Assembly (NCBI GenBank): GCA_963845565.1
Contig: CAWJSJ010000005.1
Location: 384,001-448,000, forward strand
DNA length: 64,000 nt
Source: an uncultured Methylomirabilota bacterium
GTDB lineage: Bacteria > Methylomirabilota > Methylomirabilia > Methylomirabilales > 2-02-FULL-66-22
Direction: 5' to 3'
Below the pieces are notes generated by a model that searched no databases, was not told where the DNA came from, and worked only from the letters and a program-made list of their open reading frames with translations. Both the position numbers and the translations under genes were made by a program. Positions within the stretch are counted from its first letter, which is position 1, and every line of letters begins with the position of its first letter. Positions 19,803 through 30,229 of the stretch are shown here, one piece after another.

Positions 19803-20768
19803 ATGAACCGACACGACCACGTTCTGGGCTCCGTCATCGAAGCGATCGGGGAGACGCCGCTGGTGGAACTTCGGCGGCTCGGCCGGGCGCTGGACGGCCG
19901 GATTCTCGCCAAGCTGGAATATCTCAATCCCGGCTTTTCGAAGAAAGACCGGATCGCGCGGCAGATCATCGAGGATGCCGAGGCAGACGGGCGACTCCGG
20001 CCCGGGCAGACGGTGGTCGAGCTCACCAGCGGCAACACCGGGACCGGCCTGGCCATCGTCTGTGGGATCAAGGGGTATCCCTTCGTGGCGGTGATGTCGA
20101 CGGGCAATTCGATGGAGCGCGCCCGGATGATGCGCGCCCTCGGTGCCGAGGTGGTCCTGGTGGCCCAGATGCCGGGCTCGGTACCGGGGCAGGTCTCGGG
20201 CCAGGACCTGGCGCTGGTCGAAGAGGAGGCACAGCGGGTCGTGCAGGCGCGAGGCGCGTTTCGTGCCGATCAGTTCCAGCTGGCGGGAAACATGCGGGCG
20301 CACCTGCTGCACACGGGTCCCGAGATCCTGCGGCAAACCGGCGGGCGATTCGACGCCTTCTGCGATTTCGTCGGCACCGGCGGGAGCTTTTCCGGGTGCG
20401 CCGCGGCGTTCAAGCGGCACCGTCCATCCATCGGGTGCTACGTGGTGGAGCCGGCGGGCGCGGCCACCCTGAAGGGAGAGGCCGTGACGAATCCGGGGCA
20501 TCGCATCCAGGGTGGTGGCTACTCGATGGCGACGCTCCCTTTGATGGATCCCGCCCACGTGGACGGCTACCTCACGGTGACCGACGCCGACGCCGTGGCC
20601 TGGGCCCGACGGCTGGCCGCCGAGGAGGGGATCTTCGCGGGCTTCTCCTCCGGCGCCAACGTCGCGGCGGCGGCCCAGATGCTCCAGGGGGCCTATCGAG
20701 GGAAGACGATCGTCGCCATGATGTGCGATTCGGGGCTCAAGTATCTCAGCACCGACCTGTGGGAGTGA
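19803..20768 (+). CDS. PLP-dependent cysteine synthase family protein
   Basis: IGETPLV, KLEYLNPGFSKKDR, TSGNTG, GTGG, HRIQG, EEGIFAGFSSGAN, CDSGLKYLS. Confidence 0.92.
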   Translation: MNRHDHVLGSVIEAIGETPLVELRRLGRALDGRILAKLEYLNPGFSKKDRIARQIIEDAEADGRLRPGQTVVELTSGNTGTGLAIVCGIKGYPFVAVMSTGNSMERARMMRALGAEVVLVAQMPGSVPGQVSGQDLALVEEEAQRVVQARGAFRADQFQLAGNMRAHLLHTGPEILRQTGGRFDAFCDFVGTGGSFSGCAAAFKRHRPSIGCYVVEPAGAATLKGEAVTNPGHRIQGGGYSMATLPLMDPAHVDGYLTVTDADAVAWARRLAAEEGIFAGFSSGANVAAAAQMLQGAYRGKTIVAMMCDSGLKYLSTDLWE

Positions 20769-20814
20769 GCCGCCTCGGGCGCGCGACCGTTTTGGCGCGG
20801 GACGGCCGACGCGG

Positions 20815-23800
20815 TCACGGTCCGAGTAGCGCCTCCGGGAGATCGAGCAGACGGCGGAAGGCGCCGAACACGTTTCGCCCCACACTCTTGAGCGGCAACG
20901 ACTCGACCGTGGGATTGCTCAGAGTGCCGGTCACCCGGTAGAACGCCGCGATCACAGCCCCGTCCTTCCCGCCCAGCAGCCATCCAGCCACCGGGATCTT
21001 GGTGACGATCCTGTCCACGGTCTGGAGCGGCTTGACCGCGATATCCATCCGGACCGTCTCGGTGACGAGGTTGATGTGGCCATGGGCGCTCAGCGTGAAT
21101 GCGGGACTTTCGAGGAGCAGGTTTTCCGTGCGGGCCACGCCGTCCTCGATTCGGATATCGGCGGTGAGGCGCCGATACGGAATGCCCTGCGAGGAGAACG
21201 CCAGCGCCTTGGGGTCGAGGAGTTGTGCGACATCGATCAGGGAGAGCAGCCTGACCATGAAGGTTTGCCTTCCGAGCTGGCCGTCGCCCAGCCCGAATTT
21301 AATATCGCCGTCGAGGTTCGGCCAGAAGCCCTGCGCGCCGTGCCCCTGGCTCGCGAGGGTGCCACCGAGCGAGAGGAGCCCCGTGACCTCATGCCCCTGG
21401 AAGAGTCCGGCCAGGATCTGTTCCGCGCGGCCTCCCTCTTCCTGGAACGCGCACTGGAACGTCCAGGCGTCTCCGCGCCAGGAGGCCTCGCCCGTCCCCT
21501 GCAGTGTCCCTCCGGCGATACGCGCACGAAACTCCTGGACGCGCGCGCGCCCCGGCTCGATCGCTGCCGTGCCGTGTACTTCCTGGAACGGGGCGGCCAG
21601 GTTGTCCAGCGTGAACGTCCCGCCGGCGAAGTCTAGCGCTCCCTGGAGCTCCGGCGCCTGCAGGGTTCCGCGGAGGCGCAGGTCAGCCCGCGCCGTACCC
21701 GCCACGGGTTTCACCCCTGGGAGATACCGGGACAGGGCCGCCAGAGGAACCTGCCCCGCAACCCGCAGGTCGGGGCCCCTGCCGGTCACCGTGCCGCGGA
21801 TGTCCAGGTCACGATCCCGGGAGTGAAGTCGGACCTGACGAAGTGACGCCGTTTCTCCCTTCCAGGATATCTCCACCGGTCCCCTGTTTTCCCACGGTTC
21901 GTCCGCCAGCCGGAGCCGGAGCGCGCTAAACGTTGCCTCCCCGGCGGCCTCCGCGAAGTCGGCGGCTTTCCCGTCCATCAGAATGCGTCCGGTGCCCCGG
22001 GCCGCCGTGCTCCGGAGTTCCTCGATTCCCGCCAGGCGAAACAGGGGCGCGAGATCGGCATCGGCGAGCGTCAGGTCGAGCCGAAGCGTGCGGTCCGGCG
22101 AGGGGCCAAGATTCAGCCGAAGCCGCTGGCTCCCCTGTCGCATGGTCAGGTCCAGATCGACCGCGCCACGGTGATACGTGAAGGCTGCCGGCCCAGGGCC
22201 CAGAGGAACCTCCCGGAATAGAAGGGCCTCGGCCACGGCCTTCCCCGCAATCCGCGGCTCCTGCAGCGCCCCCTGCACGTCCAACTGAAACGACGCCCGG
22301 CCGGCGACCTGGCTGCCGGCGAGCAAGGCGATCCTGCCGAGATCCATGGGTGTGGAGAAGAGTTGCCCGCTGAGCGTTCCGTCGCGACCGATCCGGACGT
22401 CCCCGGTGAGTTGCTCGCCGCCGCGCCGGAGAGAGAGGCGGGCCATCTCGACGGCGGTCGGCGTCAGGCGGAGCACGACATCGCCGCGCTGCCATTTCTC
22501 CTCCCACGTCTGGGGGTTGGTGAAGGCGACCTCCACCTCGCCGGTCAGGGCCTGCGGCGTCCCGGCAATCCGGCCGCTGGCCTGGAATGCTCCGCGGATC
22601 GGAAACCCGGCCGGAAGGAAGGGGGCAAGATCCGCGGTCCGACCGGGGTTCACCTGTCCCTGGAGGTCCAGGGTGATGTCGCGTCTGAAGTCGAGCGTGC
22701 GCAGTGGGGTCGCTCCGGGCGTGGCGGCGCTTCCCTGCAGGGTGGCGACAGTCTGGCCGAGGCGGATGACGAGTCGCGACGACCGGAGCGTGCGAGGAAC
22801 CCACTCGATCTCGCCGTCGATCTGATCCAGGGCGTGCAGCCCGAACCGTGGGTCTCGCCACGCCACGCGCCCCTGGAAGCGCGGGGCGTCGCGGGTTCCG
22901 GTGACCCGGCCGCCGAGCGTCGCCGTCCCGCCGAGTTGCGGCAGGCCGAAGCCGCGCCCGAAAGTCGTCACGCTTCGGATCTCGGCCTGGATCGGGAAGT
23001 CGAGTTCGCCGGCCGGGAAATGCACGTTGCCGGAACCCCGCACCGTGGCGCCCGGCACATCCAGGGTGAAGGTTTCCAGGGCGAGTCGCGACGTGGTGGC
23101 GAGGAGGCGCGCCTCCAGGCGGCCGCTAGGGAGTCCGGCCTCCAGGCTCAAGTCGTCCACGCGCACGCGCCCGTATCCCCGGAGCGTCGCGAGATCGGTT
23201 CCACGTCCCGTCAGGTCCACGTCGGCCGTGAGCTGTCCGCCCACCTCCGGCGGTAGGGTCAGCCCGGCGGCCGCGGCGACCAATGCGGGCACGCCGGTCA
23301 GGTCCCCGAGATCCACCTGCTGGACTTTGAGGTTGGCCCGATAGGTGCCCGTGGCCGGTTCCAGAACAACTCTCGCCCGGAGCGCGTCGGACCGGTCCGA
23401 CGGCGGCGTCTCGAGAGCCAACCGACCGTCGGCCCACTGCACGTCAAAGGCGAACGGCTTGCGCGCCCGTGGTGCCGCCTCGAACTGCAGGCTGCCTCGG
23501 CCATGAAACGCCGCCTTCGTCCACGGCCCGGACACGCGCCCCTCGGCGGCGAGGAGGCCCTGGTGCGCGAATGCAACACCGGCGTGCTTAAGCAAGACGT
23601 CGAGGGGGAGTGAGCCTGTCAGGCGGAGGTCGCACTCGGCCGCGCCCATTGGTTCCAGGATGCGGCCCTGTCCGGTGACGCGCCCGCCTGCCACGCGTCC
23701 TTCGGCCGACGCGATGTCAACGGCGTGGGCGGTTCCCCCCGCCTCGAGGCGGAGATCGGAGATCTCCCGCAGGGCGCCGCCCGATGGAAACTGCAGGCGC

Positions 23801-24408
23801 GAGGCGCGCAGGCTTCCCGCGACGGATGCCGGGCTGTCCGCAACCCGCTGCCATTCGACCGACCCCTCCACGCCGTCCAGATGCGCGGTGGATTCCGGTG
23901 GGCCCCAGACCACCTGGCCCTCCTCGATGGCGGCCCGCCGGATCTCGACCGTCCAGCCGACCAAGGCGCCCGGTTCGGTCCCGGGAACGGGAAGGAATTG
24001 GCCACGCGAGGAGAGGGCCAAGGCACCGGGCGCCGGGAGCCGGAGCCGGGGTCCGACGAGCACAAGGGGGTCGAGGACGAGCGAGCGTCGGAACAGGGCG
24101 GCCCAGCTCCATCCCAGCCGGATCGTGTCGGCGGTGAGCAGGGCCGTCCCACCGTCGGCGCCCGGTCCGCCGGCCACGCGGATCCGGTGAAGGTCCAGAC
24201 GCCCCTGCCACAGACGGAGCGAGACGCGCTCGACCTGCACCTCGCGACCGGCGACCTGCGTCAGCCGGGATTCCGCCCAGCGAAGGATCCGTCCGTGCAC
24301 GCCGGGGATGTGCCCAGCCAGGACGACCGCCAGAACCAGAGCGAGGAGGAGGCCGGCAACGAGGAGCAGCAGGCGGCGGGGCGAGGCGATTCTCCTGAGC
24401 CACCTCAT
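20815..24408 (-). CDS. AsmA-like / TamB-like periplasmic bridge protein (1197 aa)
   Basis: N-terminal TM anchor, long glycine-rich beta repeat body, AsmA-like C-terminus (ADIRIEDGVARTENLLLES...KIPVAGWLLGG...VTGTLSNPTV). Confidence 0.8.
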   Translation of the reverse strand: MRWLRRIASPRRLLLLVAGLLLALVLAVVLAGHIPGVHGRILRWAESRLTQVAGREVQVERVSLRLWQGRLDLHRIRVAGGPGADGGTALLTADTIRLGWSWAALFRRSLVLDPLVLVGPRLRLPAPGALALSSRGQFLPVPGTEPGALVGWTVEIRRAAIEEGQVVWGPPESTAHLDGVEGSVEWQRVADSPASVAGSLRASRLQFPSGGALREISDLRLEAGGTAHAVDIASAEGRVAGGRVTGQGRILEPMGAAECDLRLTGSLPLDVLLKHAGVAFAHQGLLAAEGRVSGPWTKAAFHGRGSLQFEAAPRARKPFAFDVQWADGRLALETPPSDRSDALRARVVLEPATGTYRANLKVQQVDLGDLTGVPALVAAAAGLTLPPEVGGQLTADVDLTGRGTDLATLRGYGRVRVDDLSLEAGLPSGRLEARLLATTSRLALETFTLDVPGATVRGSGNVHFPAGELDFPIQAEIRSVTTFGRGFGLPQLGGTATLGGRVTGTRDAPRFQGRVAWRDPRFGLHALDQIDGEIEWVPRTLRSSRLVIRLGQTVATLQGSAATPGATPLRTLDFRRDITLDLQGQVNPGRTADLAPFLPAGFPIRGAFQASGRIAGTPQALTGEVEVAFTNPQTWEEKWQRGDVVLRLTPTAVEMARLSLRRGGEQLTGDVRIGRDGTLSGQLFSTPMDLGRIALLAGSQVAGRASFQLDVQGALQEPRIAGKAVAEALLFREVPLGPGPAAFTYHRGAVDLDLTMRQGSQRLRLNLGPSPDRTLRLDLTLADADLAPLFRLAGIEELRSTAARGTGRILMDGKAADFAEAAGEATFSALRLRLADEPWENRGPVEISWKGETASLRQVRLHSRDRDLDIRGTVTGRGPDLRVAGQVPLAALSRYLPGVKPVAGTARADLRLRGTLQAPELQGALDFAGGTFTLDNLAAPFQEVHGTAAIEPGRARVQEFRARIAGGTLQGTGEASWRGDAWTFQCAFQEEGGRAEQILAGLFQGHEVTGLLSLGGTLASQGHGAQGFWPNLDGDIKFGLGDGQLGRQTFMVRLLSLIDVAQLLDPKALAFSSQGIPYRRLTADIRIEDGVARTENLLLESPAFTLSAHGHINLVTETVRMDIAVKPLQTVDRIVTKIPVAGWLLGGKDGAVIAAFYRVTGTLSNPTVESLPLKSVGRNVFGAFRRLLDLPEALLGP

Positions 24409-25763
24409 AAGGCGTCTTGAGGGCGGATCGGATCCTTCCGGCCTGCGTCCCGCTGACGGGACTCGATCTTCACGCGGGCGATCCGCCGCCCGTCCATGTC
24501 CACGATCGTCAGCCGCCAGTCCTCGTAATTGACGATCTCGCCCCCGCGCGGCATGCGCTGCAGTTGCGTGATGAGAAAACCGGCGAGGGTCTCATATTCG
24601 GCCGATTCCGGGAACGCCAGACGATGCTGGTCGGCGAGGTCGTGGATGCTGATGGAGGCGTCCACGATATACGACCCGTCGCGGAGGCGCCGCACCGCCT
24701 GATCCTCCCGATCCGTCTCGTCTTCGATCTCGCCCACGATCTCTTCGATCAGGTCTTCGATGGTGATGAGGCCCTCCACGCCGCCGTATTCGTCCACCAC
24801 CAGGGCCATGGGCATCCGGCGCCGCTGCATCGATTTGAGCAGGCGGCTTACCCGCGTCGTCTCGGGGGTGAAGAAAGCCGGACGCACGACCTGGGCCAGC
24901 ACGATCGGCTTCTTCTCCGCCAGGAGTCGGAAGAGGTCCTTGTCGTAGAGGATGCCCAGCACCTCGTCCAGGGTGTTGCGATAGACCGGATAGCGTGACT
25001 TGCCGGTCTCGACGATATGGGCGAGCACCTGCTCGATGGGGGTCTCGACGTCGATGGCCTGGATGCGGGGACGCGGAATCATGACGTCCTTGACCGACGA
25101 TTCGGTGAACTCGAAGACGCTGTGAATCAACTCCTGCTCGGTCTGATCGAAGACCCCCTGGTCGCGCCCCTCCTGGACCATGTGTTTGACTTCCTCTTCC
25201 GAGATGAAGGCGCGTTCGGCGGCCCCCTTCTGTCCGAGGAGGCGGAGGACAAAACGATTGGAGGCGGTGAGGAGCCGGATCAGGGGGGAGGCGGCCCTGG
25301 CCAGGCTGTCCAGTGGGCCGGAGACGAAGAGTGCCAGCGACACCGCGTGGCGAAGGGCCAGGGATTTCGGAACCAGCTCCCCCAGAATCAGGGTCGCGTA
25401 GGTGATGCTCACGACGACGATGACGAGGGCCAGCGGTTCCGCCATCGCGGGCACGAACGGCAGCGGTATCCCGCCGATCATCGGCGAGAGGGCGCGGACG
25501 GCCGCCACGCCGCCCACTGCGGAGGCGAGGGTCCCGACGAAGGTCACCCCGACTTGGACCGTGGCGAGAAAGCGGTCCGGGTCTAGCTGGATGCCGACCA
25601 CCCGCTTGGCGCGCGGATCGCCGTCGCTGGCGAGTTGCTGGACGCGGCTCCGCCGGGCGGAAATCAGCGCGATCTCCGCGGCGGAAAAAAAGCCGTTCAG
25701 CATGATCAGGACCGCGATGAAAATGATCTCCAACCACAGTCCGTTCAGCGCCGAGCCATCCAT
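24405..25763 (-). CDS. Hemolysin-family CNNM/CBS/CorC-HlyC protein
   Basis: NGFFSAAEIAL, GELVPK, CBS pair (VMIPR, SRYPVY, VVDEYGG), EEIVGEIEDE, ETLAG. Confidence 0.93.
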   Translation of the reverse strand: MDGSALNGLWLEIIFIAVLIMLNGFFSAAEIALISARRSRVQQLASDGDPRAKRVVGIQLDPDRFLATVQVGVTFVGTLASAVGGVAAVRALSPMIGGIPLPFVPAMAEPLALVIVVVSITYATLILGELVPKSLALRHAVSLALFVSGPLDSLARAASPLIRLLTASNRFVLRLLGQKGAAERAFISEEEVKHMVQEGRDQGVFDQTEQELIHSVFEFTESSVKDVMIPRPRIQAIDVETPIEQVLAHIVETGKSRYPVYRNTLDEVLGILYDKDLFRLLAEKKPIVLAQVVRPAFFTPETTRVSRLLKSMQRRRMPMALVVDEYGGVEGLITIEDLIEEIVGEIEDETDREDQAVRRLRDGSYIVDASISIHDLADQHRLAFPESAEYETLAGFLITQLQRMPRGGEIVNYEDWRLTIVDMDGRRIARVKIESRQRDAGRKDPIRPQDAL

Positions 25764-25778
25764 GAGCGACTCCTTGGC

Positions 25779-26402
25779 CTAGCGGCCCTCGACACTCGAC
25801 ACGTCCTGGCGGAGCACCTGGGGGATGCTGATCCCGCCCGAGAGGATGATCTGGATGCCCTGGGGAACGGTCAGGCGGGTCAGGATGATGTCTTCTCGCC
25901 GCGCCAGCAGGATGTCCCCCAGGTACAGGTGATTGGTCGGGACATACACGGCCACGAGCGGTTCGGTCGTGCCGTTGGCGCGCTGCAGGGCCACGGCGCC
26001 GGTGAGAAACCCGAAGCAGTAGTGCCCCTCGCGGTTCTGCAGGACCACGAACTCCTTGAACGCGACCTGGTTGTCCGGCGAGAAGGCGTTCAGCAACTGC
26101 TTGACGGCCGAATAGACGCTCCGGAAGATGGGAATGCGGTACAGCCCGCCGTCGAGCCACCCCAGGATCCGCCGGCCAACCACGTTGGTGGCGAAGATCC
26201 CCATCAGGAGGACCAGGAGGGTTGCCACCACCAATCCCAGCCCGGGAAGGTGAAAGGGGAACGTGTCGCCGATGAACGGCGCCAGCAGTCGGTCCACGAA
26301 GGTGAACAGCTCCCAGAATACCCAGACCGGAATCGCGATGGGCATGATAACCAGGAGGCCGGCGACGAAGGTGATCTGCAACTGCCGTCGAATGCTGCTC
26401 AT
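25779..26402 (-). CDS. DUF502 membrane protein
   Basis: FVAGLLV..P, RIP.FRSVYSAVKQL, VYVPT, SGG. Confidence 0.85.
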   Translation of the reverse strand: MSSIRRQLQITFVAGLLVIMPIAIPVWVFWELFTFVDRLLAPFIGDTFPFHLPGLGLVVATLLVLLMGIFATNVVGRRILGWLDGGLYRIPIFRSVYSAVKQLLNAFSPDNQVAFKEFVVLQNREGHYCFGFLTGAVALQRANGTTEPLVAVYVPTNHLYLGDILLARREDIILTRLTVPQGIQIILSGGISIPQVLRQDVSSVEGR

Positions 26403-26493
26403 GGATGATCCAGGGGTGAGAGGTCAGTGACGAAGGGACAATGATCAAGGTCCAGCGTGATGCTCAGCGCTCGGGACTCCGCTCTCGACTCCA

Positions 26494-28989
26494 TCACGGC
26501 CAATAGGTCGGGTCCGCGGCGACCGGCGCCTCCAGCGGCGCGAGGCGCTCCCGCAACTCGTCCGTGCGAAGGTTCAACCGGGCCGCCACCGCCAGCATGG
26601 CGGAGACCGCCCCGTAGCGCGCGTCGCGGATGTCCTGCAGCTCCCCGACCCAGCCCGGAACCCGGGTGCGGAGCACGGCGAACATGCGATCCTGCAACGG
26701 CCGTTCCGGCACACCGAGGCCCAGGCGGGAGGCGAGTTGCAGCAGATCCAGAAACTCGTGCCAGCGGCCTGCCTGGGGAACGTCGGCGATCGCCTCCAGG
26801 CCGGCCACCAGCGTGCGGCCGAATGCGAACGAAGCGGACGAGAAATCGAGACCGATCCCCAAGAGGCGGGCGCGATCGCAGAGATCCACCGGGCCGGCAT
26901 ACGCCGCCGGATCCACCACGCCTCCGAGGCCCGTCAGGGCGTCCGCGAACCGAGCCGACCAGTGCGCCTCAAGGAGCGTCTTCAGCCAGACAGGGAGCGG
27001 CATGCCGGCGGCGGCCATGGCCTCGGCCACGGGCAATGCCTCGTCGCACAGGCGGGCGCTGTCTTTGGCCATGGCGGCTTCGGCCTCCGCCAGGAACTGC
27101 CGCAGGAGCGCATGGCGTTCGTCGGGAAGCAGATCGTGCAGGCGGAGGAGCCGCGCCGCGTGACGTCCACTCCAGGCGACCAGTTGCCGCCCGTCGGGGG
27201 CAAGGCCGGCCCGGGCGTCCGCGGCCAAGGCCGTCCAGGCCTCGGGGGAAGGGAGGGACGCGATGCCCGCCAGGAACCCGAAGGCGCCATCGCGCCGGCA
27301 GGCGCCGCCGAATCTCAGCGTCTCGCCCGTCACCTCGGAGGTGGCCCCGACGGCCGCCAGCACGAACCCGCCCTCCTGCACGACCGGATCGGGGGCGAGC
27401 GACCACCGGTATAGCACCCGTGGGCGCACGGCATGGCCGAGCAATCCGTCAGCAAGGAGCCGAGCCACGGCGTGCTCCGCGGTCACACGGGAGGGGCGGA
27501 CCTGGCGCTCCCAGAGCTTCCGGCCGTCCCGATAGATGTCCAGGTTGCTTCGGGCTCGGCCCAGCTCCTCCAGGAGCACGGCCTCCAGATCCAGCGGGGC
27601 GAACGGCGCCGCGAGGTCGATGGCGCGGGCGGCGTACCGGAGGTTCTGCACCGTCTCGATCCCGGAGATGTCGGAGAAGAACCAGGCGCAGCTCGTGTAC
27701 ATGAGCATGGCCTGGTGCTGCATCTCCAGCAGGCGCAGGGCGTGCCCGCGCCTCACCGGATCCAAGGGGCGGGCCTGGTGTCGGTCGAAAAACGCGTCGC
27801 GCGCCGCGGGATGTCCGTCCAACAACAACTCGATGTACTCGTCCCGGGCCGCCCAGGGGTCGCGGAACAGGGCCGACCCTTCGTCCTGGAAAACGCTCGC
27901 CAGTGCATCCCGCACCCGATCCAGTCCCTGGCGGAGCGGGCGGCGCCAGGCTTGCGTCCACCCGGTACCGCCGCCGGCACTGCATCCGCAGTCCTCGGAC
28001 CACCGTCCGACCCCGTGGGAGCAACTCCAGGCGCTCTCCGGCAGGAGCTCCACCTCCCACGTCGGTCGGTGGGTGGCCAGGTAGGCTGCGAGGTTGGTGA
28101 CCTCGAGCCCGTGCCGCGGAGCTTCCCGGCTGAACAGCGTGGCGAGGCACATTTCCCCGAACTTCTCGTGGTGCCCGAACGATTCCCCGTCCGTGGCGAT
28201 CAGGATCAGCGGATCGGGCGTCTCGCCGGCAGCCTCGACGATCCGCGCCGCCAGCAATCCGGCGTCCCGCAGGTAGTGCTGGAAACTGATCCCCCGTGAT
28301 AACGAGGCGTGGTAAAAACAGATGTCGATTCCGCGATCCCCCTGTGCCTGTCCCCGGGAATCCCGATTGATCCACCGGTACGGCCGACGGGGATCGATCT
28401 CCGCTTCGGCGGGGGTGCGCCAGGCGGCGTCCCCGAGGGGCCGCCAGCGGGCTGCCTGGGCGGGCGACAGGATGAGATATTTCATCCCGGCGTCCACCAG
28501 GAGACGGAGCGTGGCCTCGTCGACGGCGGTTTCCGCCAGCCACAGGGCGTCCGGAACGCGGTGGAATCGGTACCGGAATTCGTGCACCGCCCAGCGGATC
28601 TGTGTCTGCCGGTCGCGCGGAGATGCCAACGGCATGATGAGGTGATTGTACGTCTGGGCGATGGCGTTGCCGTACCCCAGGCGCGCGATACTTGCCTGGT
28701 CGGCGGCCCGAAGCGCATCGAGCAATTCCGGTGCCTCCGCCGCCAGCCAGGAGAGGAGTGTCGGCCCGAAGTTGAAGCTGATCCGTTCGTAGTTATTGAC
28801 GATGTCCTGGATCCGGCCGCGCTCGTCGAGGACCCGGGACCGCGCGTTGGGCAGGTAGCACTCTTCGGCGATGCGGGCATTCCAATCGTGGAACGGGGCG
28901 GCACTCTCCTGTCGCTCGATGGTTCCGGTCCAGGGGTTTTCCCGCGGCGGCTGGTAGAAGTGGCCGTGGATTACGAGATGAATCGGCAT
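26494..28989 (-). CDS. GH57-family glycoside hydrolase with DUF3536
   Basis: IHGHFYQPPRENPW, SFNFGPTLL, WLAETAVD, ATDGESFGHH, WSCSHGVGRW..DCGC, MYTSCAWFF. Confidence 0.9.
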   Translation of the reverse strand: MPIHLVIHGHFYQPPRENPWTGTIERQESAAPFHDWNARIAEECYLPNARSRVLDERGRIQDIVNNYERISFNFGPTLLSWLAAEAPELLDALRAADQASIARLGYGNAIAQTYNHLIMPLASPRDRQTQIRWAVHEFRYRFHRVPDALWLAETAVDEATLRLLVDAGMKYLILSPAQAARWRPLGDAAWRTPAEAEIDPRRPYRWINRDSRGQAQGDRGIDICFYHASLSRGISFQHYLRDAGLLAARIVEAAGETPDPLILIATDGESFGHHEKFGEMCLATLFSREAPRHGLEVTNLAAYLATHRPTWEVELLPESAWSCSHGVGRWSEDCGCSAGGGTGWTQAWRRPLRQGLDRVRDALASVFQDEGSALFRDPWAARDEYIELLLDGHPAARDAFFDRHQARPLDPVRRGHALRLLEMQHQAMLMYTSCAWFFSDISGIETVQNLRYAARAIDLAAPFAPLDLEAVLLEELGRARSNLDIYRDGRKLWERQVRPSRVTAEHAVARLLADGLLGHAVRPRVLYRWSLAPDPVVQEGGFVLAAVGATSEVTGETLRFGGACRRDGAFGFLAGIASLPSPEAWTALAADARAGLAPDGRQLVAWSGRHAARLLRLHDLLPDERHALLRQFLAEAEAAMAKDSARLCDEALPVAEAMAAAGMPLPVWLKTLLEAHWSARFADALTGLGGVVDPAAYAGPVDLCDRARLLGIGLDFSSASFAFGRTLVAGLEAIADVPQAGRWHEFLDLLQLASRLGLGVPERPLQDRMFAVLRTRVPGWVGELQDIRDARYGAVSAMLAVAARLNLRTDELRERLAPLEAPVAADPTYWP

Positions 28990-29006
28990 GGATCCTCAAA
29001 CCGCAT

Positions 29007-30185
29007 TCATTTATCTTTCGCTCCATCCTCGCGGGTGGAGCGAATCAGGCTGCGGAGCAATAGGCTGCGGTTGGCGCCGCGCAGCAGCGCGGAAAGGTCT
29101 TCGTACACCGTAGGGTCCTCAAGCAAGGCACCCAGAGTGCCTTCCCCTTGGCGAAGGCGGCTCACGACGGTCTGCAGATCTTCCGTCAAGCTCCGCAATC
29201 CCGCGGCCGCCTCCTGGACGTCGTCCAGCACCTTGGTCCGCGCCGGGTCGAAGAGGAGTGTGGGGACGAGCCCCTGCCCTTCCTGGACCGCGCGCACCAA
29301 CTCCTCCAGCCGTTCGGTGGTCCGGCCGAGCCGAGCCAAGGTCTCCGCACCCTCTCGGTCGTAGAGCAGGGTGTGGAGCAGGCCCGGTCCCTCCTGAACT
29401 TCCCTGAGGATGGCGTCTGCACGATCCGCGATACGGTACACGCGACCCAGGAACTCTTCCTGCGGAGAATAGATCATGGCGTGGAGGAGTCCCTGCTCCT
29501 TCTCCACGGCCTGGACCAGCCGCTCCAGCGTCTGAACCGTGCGATCCACGCGGCCCAGCAGTTGTGCGCCTTCCTTTCCGTACACCAGGTCGTGGATCAA
29601 TCCTTCGCCCTTCTCGATCTCGACCAGCGTGGTCCGGAGGGAGCGCAGCGACTCGTTCAGGTTGCGCTTGCCGGTCTGCTCCCCGCCGGAGAGAAACTCG
29701 TCCAGGGAGGCGCTGATCCGGGTCACGTTGTCCAGGATGGTGTCCCCCTTTTGCAACAACCGGAAAAGGTCGGGGGGATCCACCGCGGCGATTTGGGCGC
29801 CGGCCTGAAGGACGGGTCGGTCGTAACTTCCGACCGTGAGGTCCAACACCTTGTCTCCCACCAGGCCGATGGTCCCGATGCTGGCCACCGAATCCTGCCG
29901 GATGCGTTCCTGCACGCGACGCTCGACCGTCAGGGTGACAGCGAGACGCCGATCCCGCGGATTGGGGCCGAAGCCGATCCGGGTGACGTTCCCCACCGTG
30001 ACGCCGGCCAGCCGCACGGGCGCGCCCACGGCCAACCCTTCCGCCGAGCTGAAGGAGGTCCGGAGCGAGTACCGCTCCTCGAAGAGTGCGCTCCGCTTGC
30101 CGATGGAGAGCACGAATCCGATGAAGAGCAGAATACCGACCAGGACCAGCCCTCCAATACGGAGTTGCATCTGCCGTTCGGTCAT
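29007..30185 (-). CDS. mlaD: MCE-family (MlaD-like) protein with long helical extension
   Basis: TM, then MCE motif GLAVGAPVRLAGVTVGNV...GLVGDK, then about five G.GL.H.L.Y helical repeats. Confidence 0.85.
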   Translation of the reverse strand: MTERQMQLRIGGLVLVGILLFIGFVLSIGKRSALFEERYSLRTSFSSAEGLAVGAPVRLAGVTVGNVTRIGFGPNPRDRRLAVTLTVERRVQERIRQDSVASIGTIGLVGDKVLDLTVGSYDRPVLQAGAQIAAVDPPDLFRLLQKGDTILDNVTRISASLDEFLSGGEQTGKRNLNESLRSLRTTLVEIEKGEGLIHDLVYGKEGAQLLGRVDRTVQTLERLVQAVEKEQGLLHAMIYSPQEEFLGRVYRIADRADAILREVQEGPGLLHTLLYDREGAETLARLGRTTERLEELVRAVQEGQGLVPTLLFDPARTKVLDDVQEAAAGLRSLTEDLQTVVSRLRQGEGTLGALLEDPTVYEDLSALLRGANRSLLLRSLIRSTREDGAKDK

Positions 30186-30229
30186 CGCCGTTTCACCCTC
30201 GCCGGCGCCCGGCGCGCTCGGCCTCGTCG

